Shown piece by piece: positions 12,946 to 26,390 of a DNA stretch of 64,000 nucleotides. Every line of letters starts with the position of its first letter. Position 1 is the first letter of the stretch. Source of the DNA: Nitrospirales bacterium. Lineage in GTDB: Bacteria; Nitrospirota; Nitrospiria; Nitrospirales; UBA8639. The notes under the pieces were generated by a model. It had not been told where the DNA came from. It searched no databases and saw only the letters and a program-made list of their open reading frames with translations. The translations under genes were made by a program, and so were the position numbers. The stretch spans positions 896,001 to 960,000 of the forward strand of contig CBDBCZ010000014.1 of the NCBI GenBank assembly GCA_965203295.1, given 5' to 3'.

Positions 12946-15900
12946 GGTAGTACTCAGCAGTATGGAGTGGTAGAGTGCAGTAAAGTACAATAGAATACTG
13001 TAGGTTGCAGTAAGATTCGTAGGGTGCCCTAGGGTGCTGCAGAGTGTAAATGGTTGCAGTACGATACAATAGGTTGCAGTAGGGTGCATCAGAGTGCTGT
13101 AAAGTGCAGTGGAGAGTGCAGTAAGTGGCAGAAGAATGCAGTAGGGAGCCGCACTGTTCAGTAGAGTGTAGAGTTTAGTAGGGAGCAGTACGTTGCAGTA
13201 GGGTGCCATAGGGTGCTGTAGAATGTTTTTGAGTATAGGAGGGTGCAGTATGGTGCAGTGAGTTGAAGTAGGGTGCAGTATGGTGCAGTGAGTTGAAGTA
13301 GGATGCATTACAAGTGCAGCAAAGTCTAGTGGAGGAGAGTGCAGAAAGTTGCAGCAGAGTGCAGTAAGGAGTAGTAGAAAGCAGTACAGCTCACTAGGGT
13401 GCTGTAGATTACAGCAGGGTACCAATGGCATGGTGTAAAGTGTAGTAGAGTGCATCACGGTACAGCAGGTTGCAGCAGGGTGCATTAGAGTGTAGTGGAG
13501 AGTGCCGTAAATTGCAGTAGAGAACAGTAGAGTGTTGTAGAGTTCAGTAGGGTAATGTAGGTAACAATAGGGTCTCGTATACGGTAACGTAAAGTGCTAT
13601 AGGGTGTAAAAGGGTGGTGTACGATGCAGTAGGGAGGAATAGAGTGCCGTTGAGAGTGCAGTAGATTACAGCAGAGTTAAGTAGGAAGCCGTTGAGGGCA
13701 GTAAAGTTTAGTTGGGTGCTTTAGGTTGCAGTAGGGTATTGTATGGAGCGGTAGTGTGCTGTATGGCAGAGGAGGGTGCAATACGATGCATAAAGTTGCG
13801 GAAGAGTGCATTGGAGTGCAGTATATAGCAGTGAAGAGTTCATTAACTCATAGAAGAGGGCAGTAGAGAACATTAGAGTTCAGTAATGTGAACTAGTTTG
13901 CAGTAGGGTACCATAGGGTGCCATCGGAGACTGTAAGATGTAAGAAAGTAGTAGAGTGCAATAGAATGCAGTTAATTGCAGTTAATTGCAGTAGAGTGCA
14001 GTAGGGAGCAGTAGAGTATAGTAGAGTTCAGTAGGGTGATGTAGGTTGTAATAGGATCTCGTAGGGTACGTAGAGTGCTCTACGGTGAAGGAGGGTGGTG
14101 TACGATGCAGTAGGTTGCAGTAGGGAGGATTTGCATACAATAGAGTCCAGCGGAGAGCACAGTAAATTACAGCAGAGTGCATTAGAGAGCCATTGAGAGC
14201 AGTAGAGTTAGACACTGTAGATTGCCATAGGGTATTGTAAGGAGCCGTAGGGCGTAGTATGGTGTAGCAGGGTGCAGTACGGTACAGTAAGTTGCAGTAG
14301 GGCACATTAGAGTGCAGTATAGTGCAGTGGAGAGTACATAAACCTGCAGAAGAGAGCAGTAGAGTGTCATCGGGTGCTGTAAGGGTAAGAGGGTGCAGTA
14401 TGGCTGAAAAGGTTGCAGTAGGGCACAGAAGAGTGTAAAAGAGGGCAGTGGAGAGAGCAGTAAATAGCAGAAGAGTGCTGTAGAGTGTAAGAGGGTGCAG
14501 TAGAGTGCAGTAGGGAATGGCAGAGTGCAGTAAAGTACAATAGGGTGCTGTAGGTTGCAATAGAATCCTGTAGGGTGCCGTAGGGTGCTGTAGAGGGTAA
14601 AAGGTTGCAGTATGATACAGTAGGTTGCAGTAGAGCGCATTAGAGTGCAGTAAAGTGCACTGGATAGCGTAGCAAATTGCTGTAGAGTGCAGTAGGGAGC
14701 TGTAGAATGCAGCAGAGTTCAGCTGGGTACTGAAAGTTGTAGTAGGGGGCTATTATGGGGCTGTAGGGTGTAGCAGGCTACAGTACAAAACAGCAGGTTG
14801 CAGTAGGGTGCCTTAGAGTGCTGTAAAGTGCTGTGGAGAGCGCAGTAAATTGTAAAAGAGTGTAGTAGGGAGCAGTACAGTTCATTAGAGTTTAGTAGGG
14901 AGTAGTAGGTTGCTGTAGGGTACTGTAGGGTATCGTAGGGTGCTGTTGGGTGTAACAGGGTGCAATACAATGAAGTAGGTTGCAGTAGAGCGCATTAGAG
15001 TGCCGTAATCTGCTATTGAGCGTGCAGTAAACTGTCGAAAAGTGCAGTAGGGTGAAGTAGAGTTTAGTAGAGTGTAATAGGATGCTGTAGGTTACAGTTG
15101 GGTGCCGTAGGGGGCCATAGCGTACTGTAAGGTGTAGGAAGGAGCAGTAGGGTGCATTAGGTTGCACTAAACTGCAGTGGAGAGCACAGTAAATTGTAGA
15201 AGAGTGCAGTAGGTAGCAGTACAGGTGAGTAGAGTTCAGTAGGGAACAGTAGGTTGCAGGAGGATGCTGCAGGGTGTCGGAAAGTGCAGTGCAGTGAAGT
15301 AGGTTGTAGTAGGGTACAGTAGAGTGCAGTTAGATGCGGTGAAGAGTACAGTAAATTGCAGTAGAGCACAGTAGGGAGGTGTAGAGTTCATTAGAGTTCA
15401 GTAGGGTGCGGTAAGTGGCAATAGTGTGCAATAGAGTGCAGTGGAGAGTGCAAAAAATTGCAGTAGAGTGCAGTAGTAAGCAGTAGAGTACAGCAGAAGT
15501 TAGTAGGTGAGGTAGGTCATATTAGGGTCTCGTAGGGTACCGTAAAGTGCTGTGGAGTATTAGAGGGTGCAGTAGATTGCAGCAGGTTGCAATAGGGAGC
15601 ATTAGAATGCAGTAAAGTACTGTGGAGAGTGCACTGAATTGCAACACAGTGCAGTAGGGAGCTGTAGAGTGCTGTACAGATTAGTTCAGTGCTGTAGGTT
15701 GCAGCAGGGTTTTGTAGGGAGCCATGGAGTGCTGTATGGTGTAGGAGGGTGCGATACTGTGTAGTAAGTTGCAGTAGGGCGCATTAGAGGGCTGTATACT
15801 GCCTTGAAAAGAGCAGTAACATGCCGAAGAGGACAGTAGGGAACAGTAGAGCTCATCAAAGTACTGTAGGGTGGAGTAAGTTGCAGTAGGGCGCCGTAAA

Positions 15901-16545
15901 TGTGTCGTCAGATACTATAGGGGTTAAGAGGAAGCAGTATGGTGCAGTAGGTTGCTGTAGGGCAAAGGAGGGCAGTACAATGTGCACAAAGTTGCAATAG
16001 AGTGCAGTAGAAAGCGGTAGAGTACAGTAAAATACAATAGGTGCTGTAGGTTGAAGGGGGATCCCGTAGGGTGCCGCAGGGTGCTGTAGAGTGTTATAGG
16101 TTGTAGTACTATATAGTAGGTTGCAGTAGAGTGCAGTAAAGTGCAGTGGAGAGCGCAACAAATTGCTGCAGAGTGCAGTAGGGAGCTATAGAGAGCAGCA
16201 GAGTTCTGCTGGGTGCTGAAAGTTGCTGTAGGGGACCATTAGGGGGCCGTAGGGTGTAGGAGGGTGCAGTACGGTACAACAAGTTGCAGTAGGGTGACTT
16301 AGAGTGCAGTAAAGTGCTGTGGAGAGCACAGTAAAGTGTAAAACAGTGTAGTAGGGAGCAGTACAGTTAATTACGTTCAGTAGGGAGTAGTAGGTTGCAG
16401 AAAGGTGCTGCAGGGTGCTGTTGGGTGTAGGAGGTTTGAGTACGATGCAGTAGGTTGCAGTAGAGTGCATTAGAGTGCCGTGAACTGCTATTGAGAATGC
16501 AGTAGACTGCAAAAAATAGTACAGTAGGGTATCATAGTTCAGCAT
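12946..16545 (+). repeat. 10-bp satellite (RGWGTGCAGT / GTGCAGTAGA) with ~170-180-bp and ~1.5-kb higher-order structure
   Basis: Continuous GTGCAGTA/TTGCAGTA-based decamers; homologous blocks start near 12960, 14520 and 16010. Confidence 0.9.
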
Positions 16546-18623
16546 TTGGGTTTACAATACATGTAATCATTGATTCTTCATCGGAATCTGGTCTTGGGTG
16601 TACGCTCTGTCCTTGTATTCTGGAAACTTGTCTCATTCGTGGTTGAATGTGGGGAGCAGCCTCATCATCTAGCAGACCTAGCTCATCTTCTTTCTTGCTA
16701 CTTTAAGCTTTATTTCATAGCTGCTGATAGTTTGTGTCTAATTGCAATATGAGGGGAAACTTCTAAATCACAAGTTGTTTCATCTTTAGATTCCGACCCT
16801 TCAATATTAGAAACAAATTCAATGGTCGCATAACATGGCTCCAGCATATACTCATGCACAATGTCACTTTAGTACACTTGTGGTTGATCAGCTGTCCCGC
16901 TTCCAGCTAATTCAGTAAGTGTAAATTCCTCTTGAATTGTTAGTAACTCAAGATGAATGGGTGAGTCATAATGGGGTTCTGGTGCGTATGCGTTCTCACT
17001 CTCGAAGAATACATCTAAACTGGCGGAGAAGTGCAAAACGTCATTTTTCTGAAGCCTTGAAGTGCTTTTTGTTTGAACTGCACTTTCAGAGGAACGGCCC
17101 ATTGATGAAGACAATTTTCTAGATCCATGACTATTGCTAATAGCGGTAGGCCTCCTTTACTTTTTCTTACAGCACAAAAACTCTTTCCACAGTTCTCTTA
17201 CATCTTCACGAAGTGCACACAAGAACAAGAATATAAAGAAGCCTTCAAAGGAATTAGTGATGGCAAGCAGAAACTGGAATACCACGGAAGGATGTGAAAT
17301 GGTAAAGAAACCAATGACCCAGGTGATACCGAAGAGCATCATTATAGCAAATATGCTGATCAAAGTCTTCAGTACTCCTTTCCCTTTACCACCAGCTTTT
17401 TGTTGACTGCTTTCCTTTTTTCCAGAAGGATTCGTACCACTACCAAAAATATGATGCTATTGAATAGTATCCACAAGGACCAATATTGGTCCCATGAAAG
17501 CACCGTAGAGGACCCTCAAGTCACTAATGAATTAGCTGTCAAATTTAGAACAATAAAATATTGAATTTCTTGAATGCCTAAACCCAAACCACACTACCAA
17601 GTATAAGTGGGCACAGGTTTGAGTGCAATGTTCAAAATAGTATGGAATGCACAAGTAGGAACTTTAGGGAAAATATGAGCCATGGTGCAGACTTGTCATT
17701 AACGGTTACTTTATGTTATATCTGTCATGTATACCAAGCTTAAAACCTGCTCACACTCCAGACCGTCTACACCTAGAATTTATCTCCATGCTGTGGAGAT
17801 ACATTGCAAAATTATTTTCCAAGGCTGTGAGATAAGATCTGGGCAGGGAAGGCCTGAGTGATAGACTAACAGCTCATAGGTAAGTTGAGTTCATGTAGCC
17901 TTTGTGATATTAATGCTGGTGATGGAAAGTATACTTGAGCAACATAAACATATTTCAGATATCTCTCAGCTGTAGCTACTAGATTTATTGGGCCTGCAGT
18001 CTTTGATAATATGTGTGAAAGTCTGGTCTCAAGCTGAAAGCTAGGCTTACATTTATTTAGTATTTAGAAAATGGTATTACAATTTTCGAACAGTTGCAAT
18101 GTTTGCTGGCAAACAACATTCAACACTTCAGTCCGAGGCACACATTTCTAGACACAGGTACAAAAAAAACAAATGAATAGCATTACATCGTCGTGGAAGA
18201 GCAAGACTTAAATGTATGTACGTACCCGTATTCTATTCAAATCGTTTAGCTGCTGCAAGACTAGATAGAGCATTCCATAAAATGCTACACACTTCCTGCA
18301 AGTACACTTGAAATTGTTCCAGCTCCATCCATACTGACATTGTGCACTAAGTTTGGTTTGTTTCATATTTGTGTATAGAATTGTATACCTCAAAGTCTTC
18401 GATCAAAGGTTTCCATGAAATTTACCGGCAAGGACAAGTTTAAATGTTGTCAATGTTTTACAAAGATCTAATAGACCCTTCTCCTGACTACATGTATACC
18501 TTCAAGTAGGCCAATCCTTATGTTTTTGTTGTTGCCATGGTTTCAGGGTGCACAATTTACACTCAAGTTCATTACATTGCAAACTCTTCGTTAAGCTTTC
18601 TGAGAGAGTAAAGAAATCAATGA

Positions 18624-18697
18624 GACCCAGCTGGGGATTGAACCCCAGACCTTCTGAATACTAGTCAGATGCTCTTACCAATTGAGCTACTGGAGTC
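18624..18697 (-). other. tRNA-Thr(AGT)-like sequence (pseudo-tRNA or SINE head) between ~45-50-bp direct repeats (18574-18618, 18916-18967)
   Basis: Reverse complement GACTCCAGTAGCTCAATTGGTAAGAGCA-TCTGA-CTAGTAT-TCAGA-AGGTCTGGGGTTCAATCCCCAGCTGGGTC. A box, B box and anticodon arm are present; the acceptor stem and T arm are irregular. Confidence 0.7.
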
Positions 18698-19784
18698 CCT
18701 TTGCAGAGGAGCAGTAGGCAAGCTTTATACAGCCACTAAACCTGCTAGTAGCACTTGCCAGTAGGACCCAGCCAATTCCAACAGTAATTACTCTCTCATT
18801 AGGCCTCTCCCCCCATCTCCTAAACACGATAAATGTGCTACACCCAAACTTAGCCTGGATCAGTCTTTTGGGGTAATTAAACCACCAAAGACACAGAACT
18901 GAAAACTAAGTAGTCACATTGCAAACTCTTCAAGGGATGATAAGCTTTCTGAGAAAGTAAAGAAATCCCGAAAAAGTGTACATCTGCATCTCTAGCCCAC
19001 CATAGGAGTTCCTTGCCCAAAAATACAGTAGGTACATCCTTGTTTAATTGCTTGTGAATATGGTTGGTGGGATTATGAAGTGACTAGCTGCAATCATCAG
19101 TGCGCTGATAAACATGGCAATTGTGTTGTGTGCTGAAGGGAGTGTTGAATCTACAGTGCAAGTTACTGCTATGGATAAATTCTTAACTGATGTGCACCCT
19201 CAGTGCTTTTGATCTACCCACACAAATTTATGTTATCCCTTACCGTTTCATCCACAGAAATGTCACCTGCTTCCAATAGGTCAACAGTTAATGTAAAGAC
19301 CTGAGCAATCACATTGATATTTTCAGCTGTCTGGTCCATTTCATCACTGGCATTCCTCACAACAGAAGTGAGCTGTGCTGTTTCTTCCACAAAGTTTTCT
19401 TCTACTATGTTCATCTTTAAATAAAGTACATTTAATGGCCCTTACTGTCTGAAACAAAATAACGTAGTTGAAATTTGTATTGGCGTTTGACGTACATTGA
19501 CTGACTACTGATGTGCAGCCACCCTCCATTGGATTCCCCCAAATGCTGTAAGGTTACATTTCCTACAAGCCATTGCACCAGGAATATCTTCTCTTCGAGC
19601 ACACTGTTGTGATACCAGTACCCCTTCTTCTGTAGCTATTGTTTCTGGCCAATGTCTGGTGCCTCGATCTGTATTTGTCGTTTCAAAACCACAGAATCCA
19701 AGTTCTGTAGAATGTTGTAAGTACATTGTAAAGTATTCATCGCTCTCATATGTAACTAGTTCTCATACTGTTTGCAGCAGTATG

Positions 19785-19843
19785 TAGCCTCATTTCCAGG
19801 CCCATGACTTTATCGAAGAAGTGCAGGCCTGGGAACGAGGCTA
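19785..19843. mobile_element. Short TAGCCTC...GAGGCTA MITE
   Basis: TAGCCTCATTTCCAGGCC / GGCCTGGGAACGAGGCTA TIRs. Single ends of the same family occur at ~7280, 22137 and 26890. Confidence 0.7.
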
Positions 19844-19858
19844 GTAAGTATATACATA

Positions 19859-20420
19859 CCGTAAAATCTGATAAATAACCGCCCCCTTAAAGGTAACCAC
19901 CCCTCTAGTATAACCGATCAATTTACTGCAACAACAGTTTACTCGCGTGTATAACCTATGTAAACATAACCGCCCATAATTTGCACGTGCAGCCCAGGCA
20001 GGAAATTGAATCTGTAAAATTAATAGTGTGAATGTCTATAGCAAACAGCTAATACGTCGAACACGAATAGCGACGAGAATCAGACTGTGCAAACCAAGAA
20101 GTCGGCGTTAGTCGTAGCGAGAAAACCCTAGCTACTGTTAGTGGAGGGTTCTGGAAACGAGACTAAGCTACGGTAGCTAAGGTATTAACGCTATGGAGCT
20201 CGTTCAGCTTGCCTGCCTGAAGGCTTTCTACCTCAAGGGACACCACATCTACTGGGCTGATCTCAACGTAGGGGATGTTTCTGTAAATCTGCCACGCTAT
20301 TAACAGTTGTTTTGCAAAAATAACCGATCTGTGATTATACCTGCCCATGTAAAAGTAACCGCCCATTGAGGCTGCTAATTCTAATTATAACCGCCCCCGG
20401 TTATTTATCAGAGTTTACGG
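19859..20420. mobile_element. Tc1/mariner (pogo/Tigger-like) non-autonomous element
   Basis: 23-bp TIR CCGTAAAATCTGATAAATAACCG / CGGTTATTTATCAGAGTTTACGG (1 mismatch), TA target duplication, repeated TAACCGCCC subterminal motifs. Confidence 0.8.
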
Positions 20421-22809
20421 TATATATTTGCACCGTATGTATTGTGTGGGTGTTTGGAAGGCACCACCATTGGGGGCGAACCCCATTTATCTAAGGGGTG
20501 CCTTTTGAGCCAGACATTGGTGAGCAAGTGTGGCTTCTTCTCAAAAATGCTAACCAATCAGCAGGCAGTATAATATTAAAAGTTATGACACCAGTCATGC
20601 AATGTAACTACTATGTACTGGGAGACTAGCCTGTCAGCTAAAGGGACACTTCCTGACAAATTTCTATTCTATTCTATTCTATGTATACTTTATGTACATA
20701 TCCATAATGTATGTACTTTCGGTATGCATTTATGATACGTATTACCTGACCAGCGCACAGTGCCGGATTGGATTACATTATGGATGTCATTAAGTCTTTG
20801 TGCAACTTCAAGTGTTTGTAGTGGCAGGGAGTACAGATGTGGAAGGTTTACAATACTGCATTCTATTAATCTATAGCTCTCCCAATTCTGTTCTGTGTCA
20901 GTTCCATTCTCCTAAAGTGGTAGTTGTAGCTGAAATTAATCTCTACATGTTACAATTTCTAGGACCCTATAACCCAAACACTAACTATAAAAATTAATCT
21001 CCGTCCTTCAAGACTTGAGACTGTGACTCCTGTCTTTGTACAACAGTCTTTTACACTACATACTGTAACGTTTCCTACAATACATTATGATGTGGCTTTA
21101 CGGACTGAAGTAGAGCAACACAGTAACTAAAGAACAGAGACAAATCTTAGCAAGTGCTTTAGAAGCAGTTCTAATTTTCGCATCATTGGCAACTAGGCAA
21201 TTTACCACACCCTTCAAACCCCTTTATGCAGCTATGAAATGCCCAAGGCTCTGCTCAACATCATGTTGGGATAGGTATGCAGTTGTAGAGCTGTCTCCTC
21301 ATAAGCACACAACAAATGGACAGGAAAAGTTCTGACTTGGCAGACCCATTGTGCTCTTTCATTTAACACCTGTTATTTACAAAAACAGGATTATTGATAT
21401 GGCTGCCTACCAGTTTTTCAGTATCTAGGCAACACAAAACTATGCATGAGTTTCACAACTTCTGCATGTTAAAGTTTATTTCTTTCACAACCAGGCATAA
21501 AAAAAACTCCATGTGACAGACAACATCCCAGTGTTATATGTCATAAGGGGCCTATCTCATTATTATAGCTGCAAGCGTGGATATATTGGTTGGTTTTTAT
21601 CTCAAGAAATAAGGAGCCAATATCCTCATGGCAGGCCAAGTGTATGCACATCTCATTAAATGACTAAACCTACTAAGCAGACTGTAGCGAAAGTTAAACT
21701 GAAAGATAACAGCATAGTAAAACCAAGGAGTTGGGACAAGCATTTCCTACCTAGTGGCAGTTTTTACTGGAATCATAAGTCTGTGTCTTTAAACTAACCA
21801 TGCAACATTATATATAATGTTACTAGTTAATGATGTACGTACCTTGAAACAAAAAAGCACTCAGTTACTTGCTGTCCAAGTATGCTGTCATTAAACTCTT
21901 GCAACACATAATATAAAAGCACACGCATACACTGTCAATTAGTGTTGACTGTGTTATTAATCTACATGTAATACATCTAATACCATAAAACTCGAGGATG
22001 GCAGTTGATGTAGTTCAGAAAGAAAGGCAGCTATGTCCTGCAATGACACTGAAAATCTCATGAAAGTAGATTCAGTGGATGCATTCACTGGAAAAAGAGA
22101 TATTTGAGTTTAATAATCAACAAGTACATTGCTGGTTAGCCTCATTCCCAGGGGCTCCAACATATGGCATTGGGCCGAATTGATAATGAATACACATGTC
22201 ATAGACTATACTTCAATAACTCACTAGTAACTGCTTCTACCGAAACGGCAATCTTTGTGACCACAAAGTCATTCTCAGCAACACATCTGTACATTCCAGT
22301 AGCTGCTGCATGAATTCTAATACCTCTTTCAGTTGCTAGGGTGACACTACTGTTGGAGTGTCTGTATGCAAATAGCTGACCAATTTCTGGGTCATTTGGT
22401 TTAATTATTTGGCTGAAGATATCAGTGAAAATATTTCCTTCTGCAGAACCTGATGATGAGCCCTCTTCATCAGTCTCTAGGATTTCTGTTACTGTAGGTA
22501 TTGACATCGATATGTAGTGCATGGTAATCACCAAGACAACGATCAGTACGTTTATGAGTTTATACAAACATCTTTTACAGGTAACAACACTTAAATACTT
22601 GGATTACAGCAATTTTAGGAAATGTTATGTAGGGTTCATTGCATCTGCGTTTTAGCAAAAAAAAAGGAATAGAAGTTAATATGCAGGTTCACCCATAGCA
22701 TGTACTTCTGCTAAATTACAAATATTATAGATAACATTTAGTGCAGTGGTTTGAAAACAAAGTTGCCACTCCTAAAAAATAGTTATCCTGGGCTTCACCC
22801 AGGATATGC

Positions 22810-25020
22810 GTAGCATGTGGACAACAATTTGTCACGGCTACCAAATCTAATTAACAGTCAGTATTCATAGAAAGCTCTCCCATGAGTAATGAGGCCTAAC
22901 TCAGGCTTGTGACCATCTACGTAGCTATACAATCAAAAAGCTTTGGAGTCTAGCGGAGAGCGGTTTTGAGGAGTTCAAGTTTCAGTAAACTGTTTTGAGA
23001 AACTACAGCACTGCAGAAAGGAAAGGGGTGGTTAGCGTGGACACAGTCGAGAGCTACTGGTAGTTGGAGCATTATTCCTAAAAATACTCTCTATTACGAT
23101 TTGGGAATAATTGTACGAGCAATAGGCAAAATGATTGCATGAGCGAAGACAGGAGCGCATGAACCGCTTCGTGGCGCTCATGGGCTCCTGGCGAAGAGAG
23201 TGCCTATTGCAAGTGCAATTACTCTCAAGTAGCATGAGAATACAAGTGATTCCATGTTAATCACATACCATCACAGCTTCTATAGCTATAGCCTTTGTTG
23301 AACTAAAACAAGTATGCGATTTACAGAAAGTGTGCAATTATGGAAATAATAGCACACTTGCAATTATGGAAATAATTGCACACTTGTTTGTCTATGCGGG
23401 GTAAATGTATACACTGCAAAAATGCCAGTGCTGAAACAGCACGCAGACAAGCCGAATATGCGTGTTGTTCTGCAGATCGCGTGTTGAAACGGCACATCGC
23501 TCGATACATGCGTGTTGCATCAACACGAATGTGCGTAACAACACGCGAGCTGCAAATCTCCGTGGGGAATTTAACACATCGCTATGTGCTAAAGGTTGTA
23601 GAGGCGGAGCTAGTCTGGTGCCCAGATCTTGGCTCCTCCCCATAATCGTATCCCGAGGGGAGGAGCCGAAATGTAGCTCCGCCCCTACAGGTTTCTGTCC
23701 TGGTTTGAGACTGTATCATGTAAAGATGGCACGGATTCACAGCATATTAGCAATCACCAGTAGCTGATCCTGCAATGTGCTCCTGCACTGTCCATTTTTT
23801 TAAAGCAAACCACCTCTCGCGTAAAACAGACGAGGGGCGGGGCTACACCAATCATGCTGCGCATAAGCTAGCTCAGATTTTTTTATACATGGGGCAGGCA
23901 GATGCTAAAAACCCTGTCTATTTACTAGATATTCTTTTTGGAATGACACATTGTCGACACGTAGTCTCGCGGGCCAGTCACCGAGACCGGAATGGGTGGA
24001 GCTATATAGTAATATCTTTGCCCCTCCCCTTTGCCGGCCGCATATATATATATATACATTGTGCTATTCATGATGTCACTGACGTGGAGCTAATTGTGCA
24101 AAGAACCTAGCTAGCCGGTGATGCGTGTTGCGGAGTTCCATAGCCACCACTCATTGGCACTCAACCGCTGGCTTTCAGGTTAATAGTATTTAGAATGTAA
24201 TATGAGATACCTATTTATGAATTCCGCATGCATGATATAAAAATTAGATAATTAGCGCAAGACTCTTCCTTTCTTTTTTGCAGCTGTGTTCTCTTTGGCC
24301 TGGGAAATGTAATGTATCCACTCACAGCCCCCTACGAACCCATCCACTGCTCTTCTCATCTATCACGCCTTCTGAACAGCCCCCTACATCCCACTTCAAC
24401 AAAGACAGCAACCCTCAGTGTCGTTCCACGTATTAATTCCCGCCACATCTGCGGACTTACACCCAACAGTTCTCCCTGAAGACTCATCTTTCGTGTTCAC
24501 ACCAGTGAAGGATTGTATCATGCTCAAAATACCAAGACTTTCGTGCAATCAGCCCATTTAACCGCTCCCTTCCGTACCCATAGCGATGTTTTTGATCTGG
24601 AAAGCTATAGTGCATACATGCATTACTAATATACCATGTGATTAAGCTATATACAGCATAATTATGCTTGTCCTGTACTGAAAATCAGTTCACCAATAAA
24701 TTGTCTACCTGTTCAGACATACACTTGAAGACTCATTCATAGAATATCTATAAAATGACTACATGACATTTATCCTGGCAGGACAACTGAAGAAAATAAT
24801 TCATTTTAAACAGCATGTGGACAAAAGTTGTCATGGCTTCAAATTCTAATTAACAGTTCATTCCTTCCGTGTCAATGGAAAGCCCTTAGTTAACTTTAAT
24901 GATAGCTTCCAGCTCAATTCAAATTTCAAACTCAAGCTAGTGGCTAGCTGCATTGGGGTCTATTGGAAAGCCATCGGGAGCTGCTTTGAGTTCAGGTTTG
25001 GGTAGGCAGTTTTGAGAATG
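22810..25020 (+). repeat. Two diverged dispersed copies of a ~200-bp repeat (22810-23000 and 24810-25020)
   Basis: Shared AGCATGTGGACAA..TCTAATTAACAGT and GAGTTCARGTTT..GTTTTGAGAA. Confidence 0.6.
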
Positions 25021-26149
25021 TTTATAACTCTACAACATTGCATGATAACACTTTTGCCCAGCACACTAATGCCTTTGATCTTCTAATTAGTATGGGACAA
25101 TGCCTTTGATCTACTTAATAGTATGGGGCAATAAACTGTAGTCTGTACTCTATTGAGCAGCATATGTAACTACTGCACTGATTAATATCATGTGCAAGGT
25201 AAATGCTTTACCTCACACAAGCAGTTGCTCAAGAAATTCATATTAAGTGAAACACGCATGTTTGATTGGTACAACTACATGACATTGTATTATAATGAGA
25301 GATTTCAGTTTATATGGAGGTAAAGATTGGAGGGAAGGGCTGTAATAGTTGGGCAAATACAGGTATATGTATACCTTGGGAGCTACGTACAACAATCAGA
25401 CAAACTCCCATTAATGGAGTCAGTTCAATCAACTTATTGACACTGTCAGATTATTTTGCAGGCCAGATATTTATGTGTACCTTGTGCATATATACAGCGC
25501 ACAGGTTTCTCTGTGCATAACCTGTTACTTTATCCAGACTCACATGGTATTTTCTTTTATGCAACCAATGAATGATGGAGGTTGAACTTTGGCTCAATTC
25601 TTACAACTGTGAATAATCAACTGTGTTTGGTACAGCAATTACCTGGTTTATTATTTGCGTAGTACCATGTTACATTGCTACTGAAATTTCCTTCAGAGTG
25701 GCATTCTACAGCAAACTTCTCCCCACATCAACTAGGTATACATTTGAATTGCTGGTTGTTGGAATGATCTCAAGAGGTGGGAGTATACCTTCAAAGATGT
25801 AACCAAAGGTACTCACATACATATATGCACGGTAACAAGTGTGTCCATGTCGCCATGAATCTATATCTGTAATGACACAATGCAGAGAGTTTATATATGG
25901 AGTGTCATTTCATGCCTTGTGCAATTGTATATACCCAAACTACGAAAAAAAAATCAGTTTGCAATACTTTGGCACACCATAACAAGCCTTATGGAATAGG
26001 AATGCATAGAATGGAATAGAACAGAAGACAGTAGAGGTCCTGAAATAGAATTTGAGTACGCTAAGCGGTTAAAGTGGGTTTCAGGAGCATTCAAGCAGGT
26101 TCAGTGGCTATTGCAGATCTACCAACAGATGCTCAAGGTGTAAAGTAGT

Positions 26150-26390
26150 TTATGACCATATGTGGGAGTATACCATGTTGCTATGGAGGATTACACCTCA
26201 TCAAGATTCTACATGATATATAACATATGAACCATGTCCAATCGGTGAATAGCATTGCTATACCACTTGCTGGTGTTCAGAGGTTTATACCTTGGGCCTG
26301 TGGCCCTCATGGTATATTCCCAAACACCTCCACTGCAGGTAGTATATCACTGATATACATGTACACCTCCTGCCATGGTTTATATATTAA
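26150..26390. mobile_element. Degenerate member of the hairpin element family
   Basis: AACCATG..ATACC-TTGGGCCTGTGGCCCTCAT-GGTAT..CATGGTT imperfect palindrome with a variant apex. Confidence 0.5.

Noticed and set aside
12797..16545. L/H/C/T-rich ORFs on the minus strand
   Set aside because: Translations of the TGCAGTAG satellite.
24270..24610. VEVGCRG motif on the minus strand suggesting a non-LTR retrotransposon endonuclease
   Set aside because: Single short motif without supporting upstream motifs or an open frame; cannot be supported without a search.
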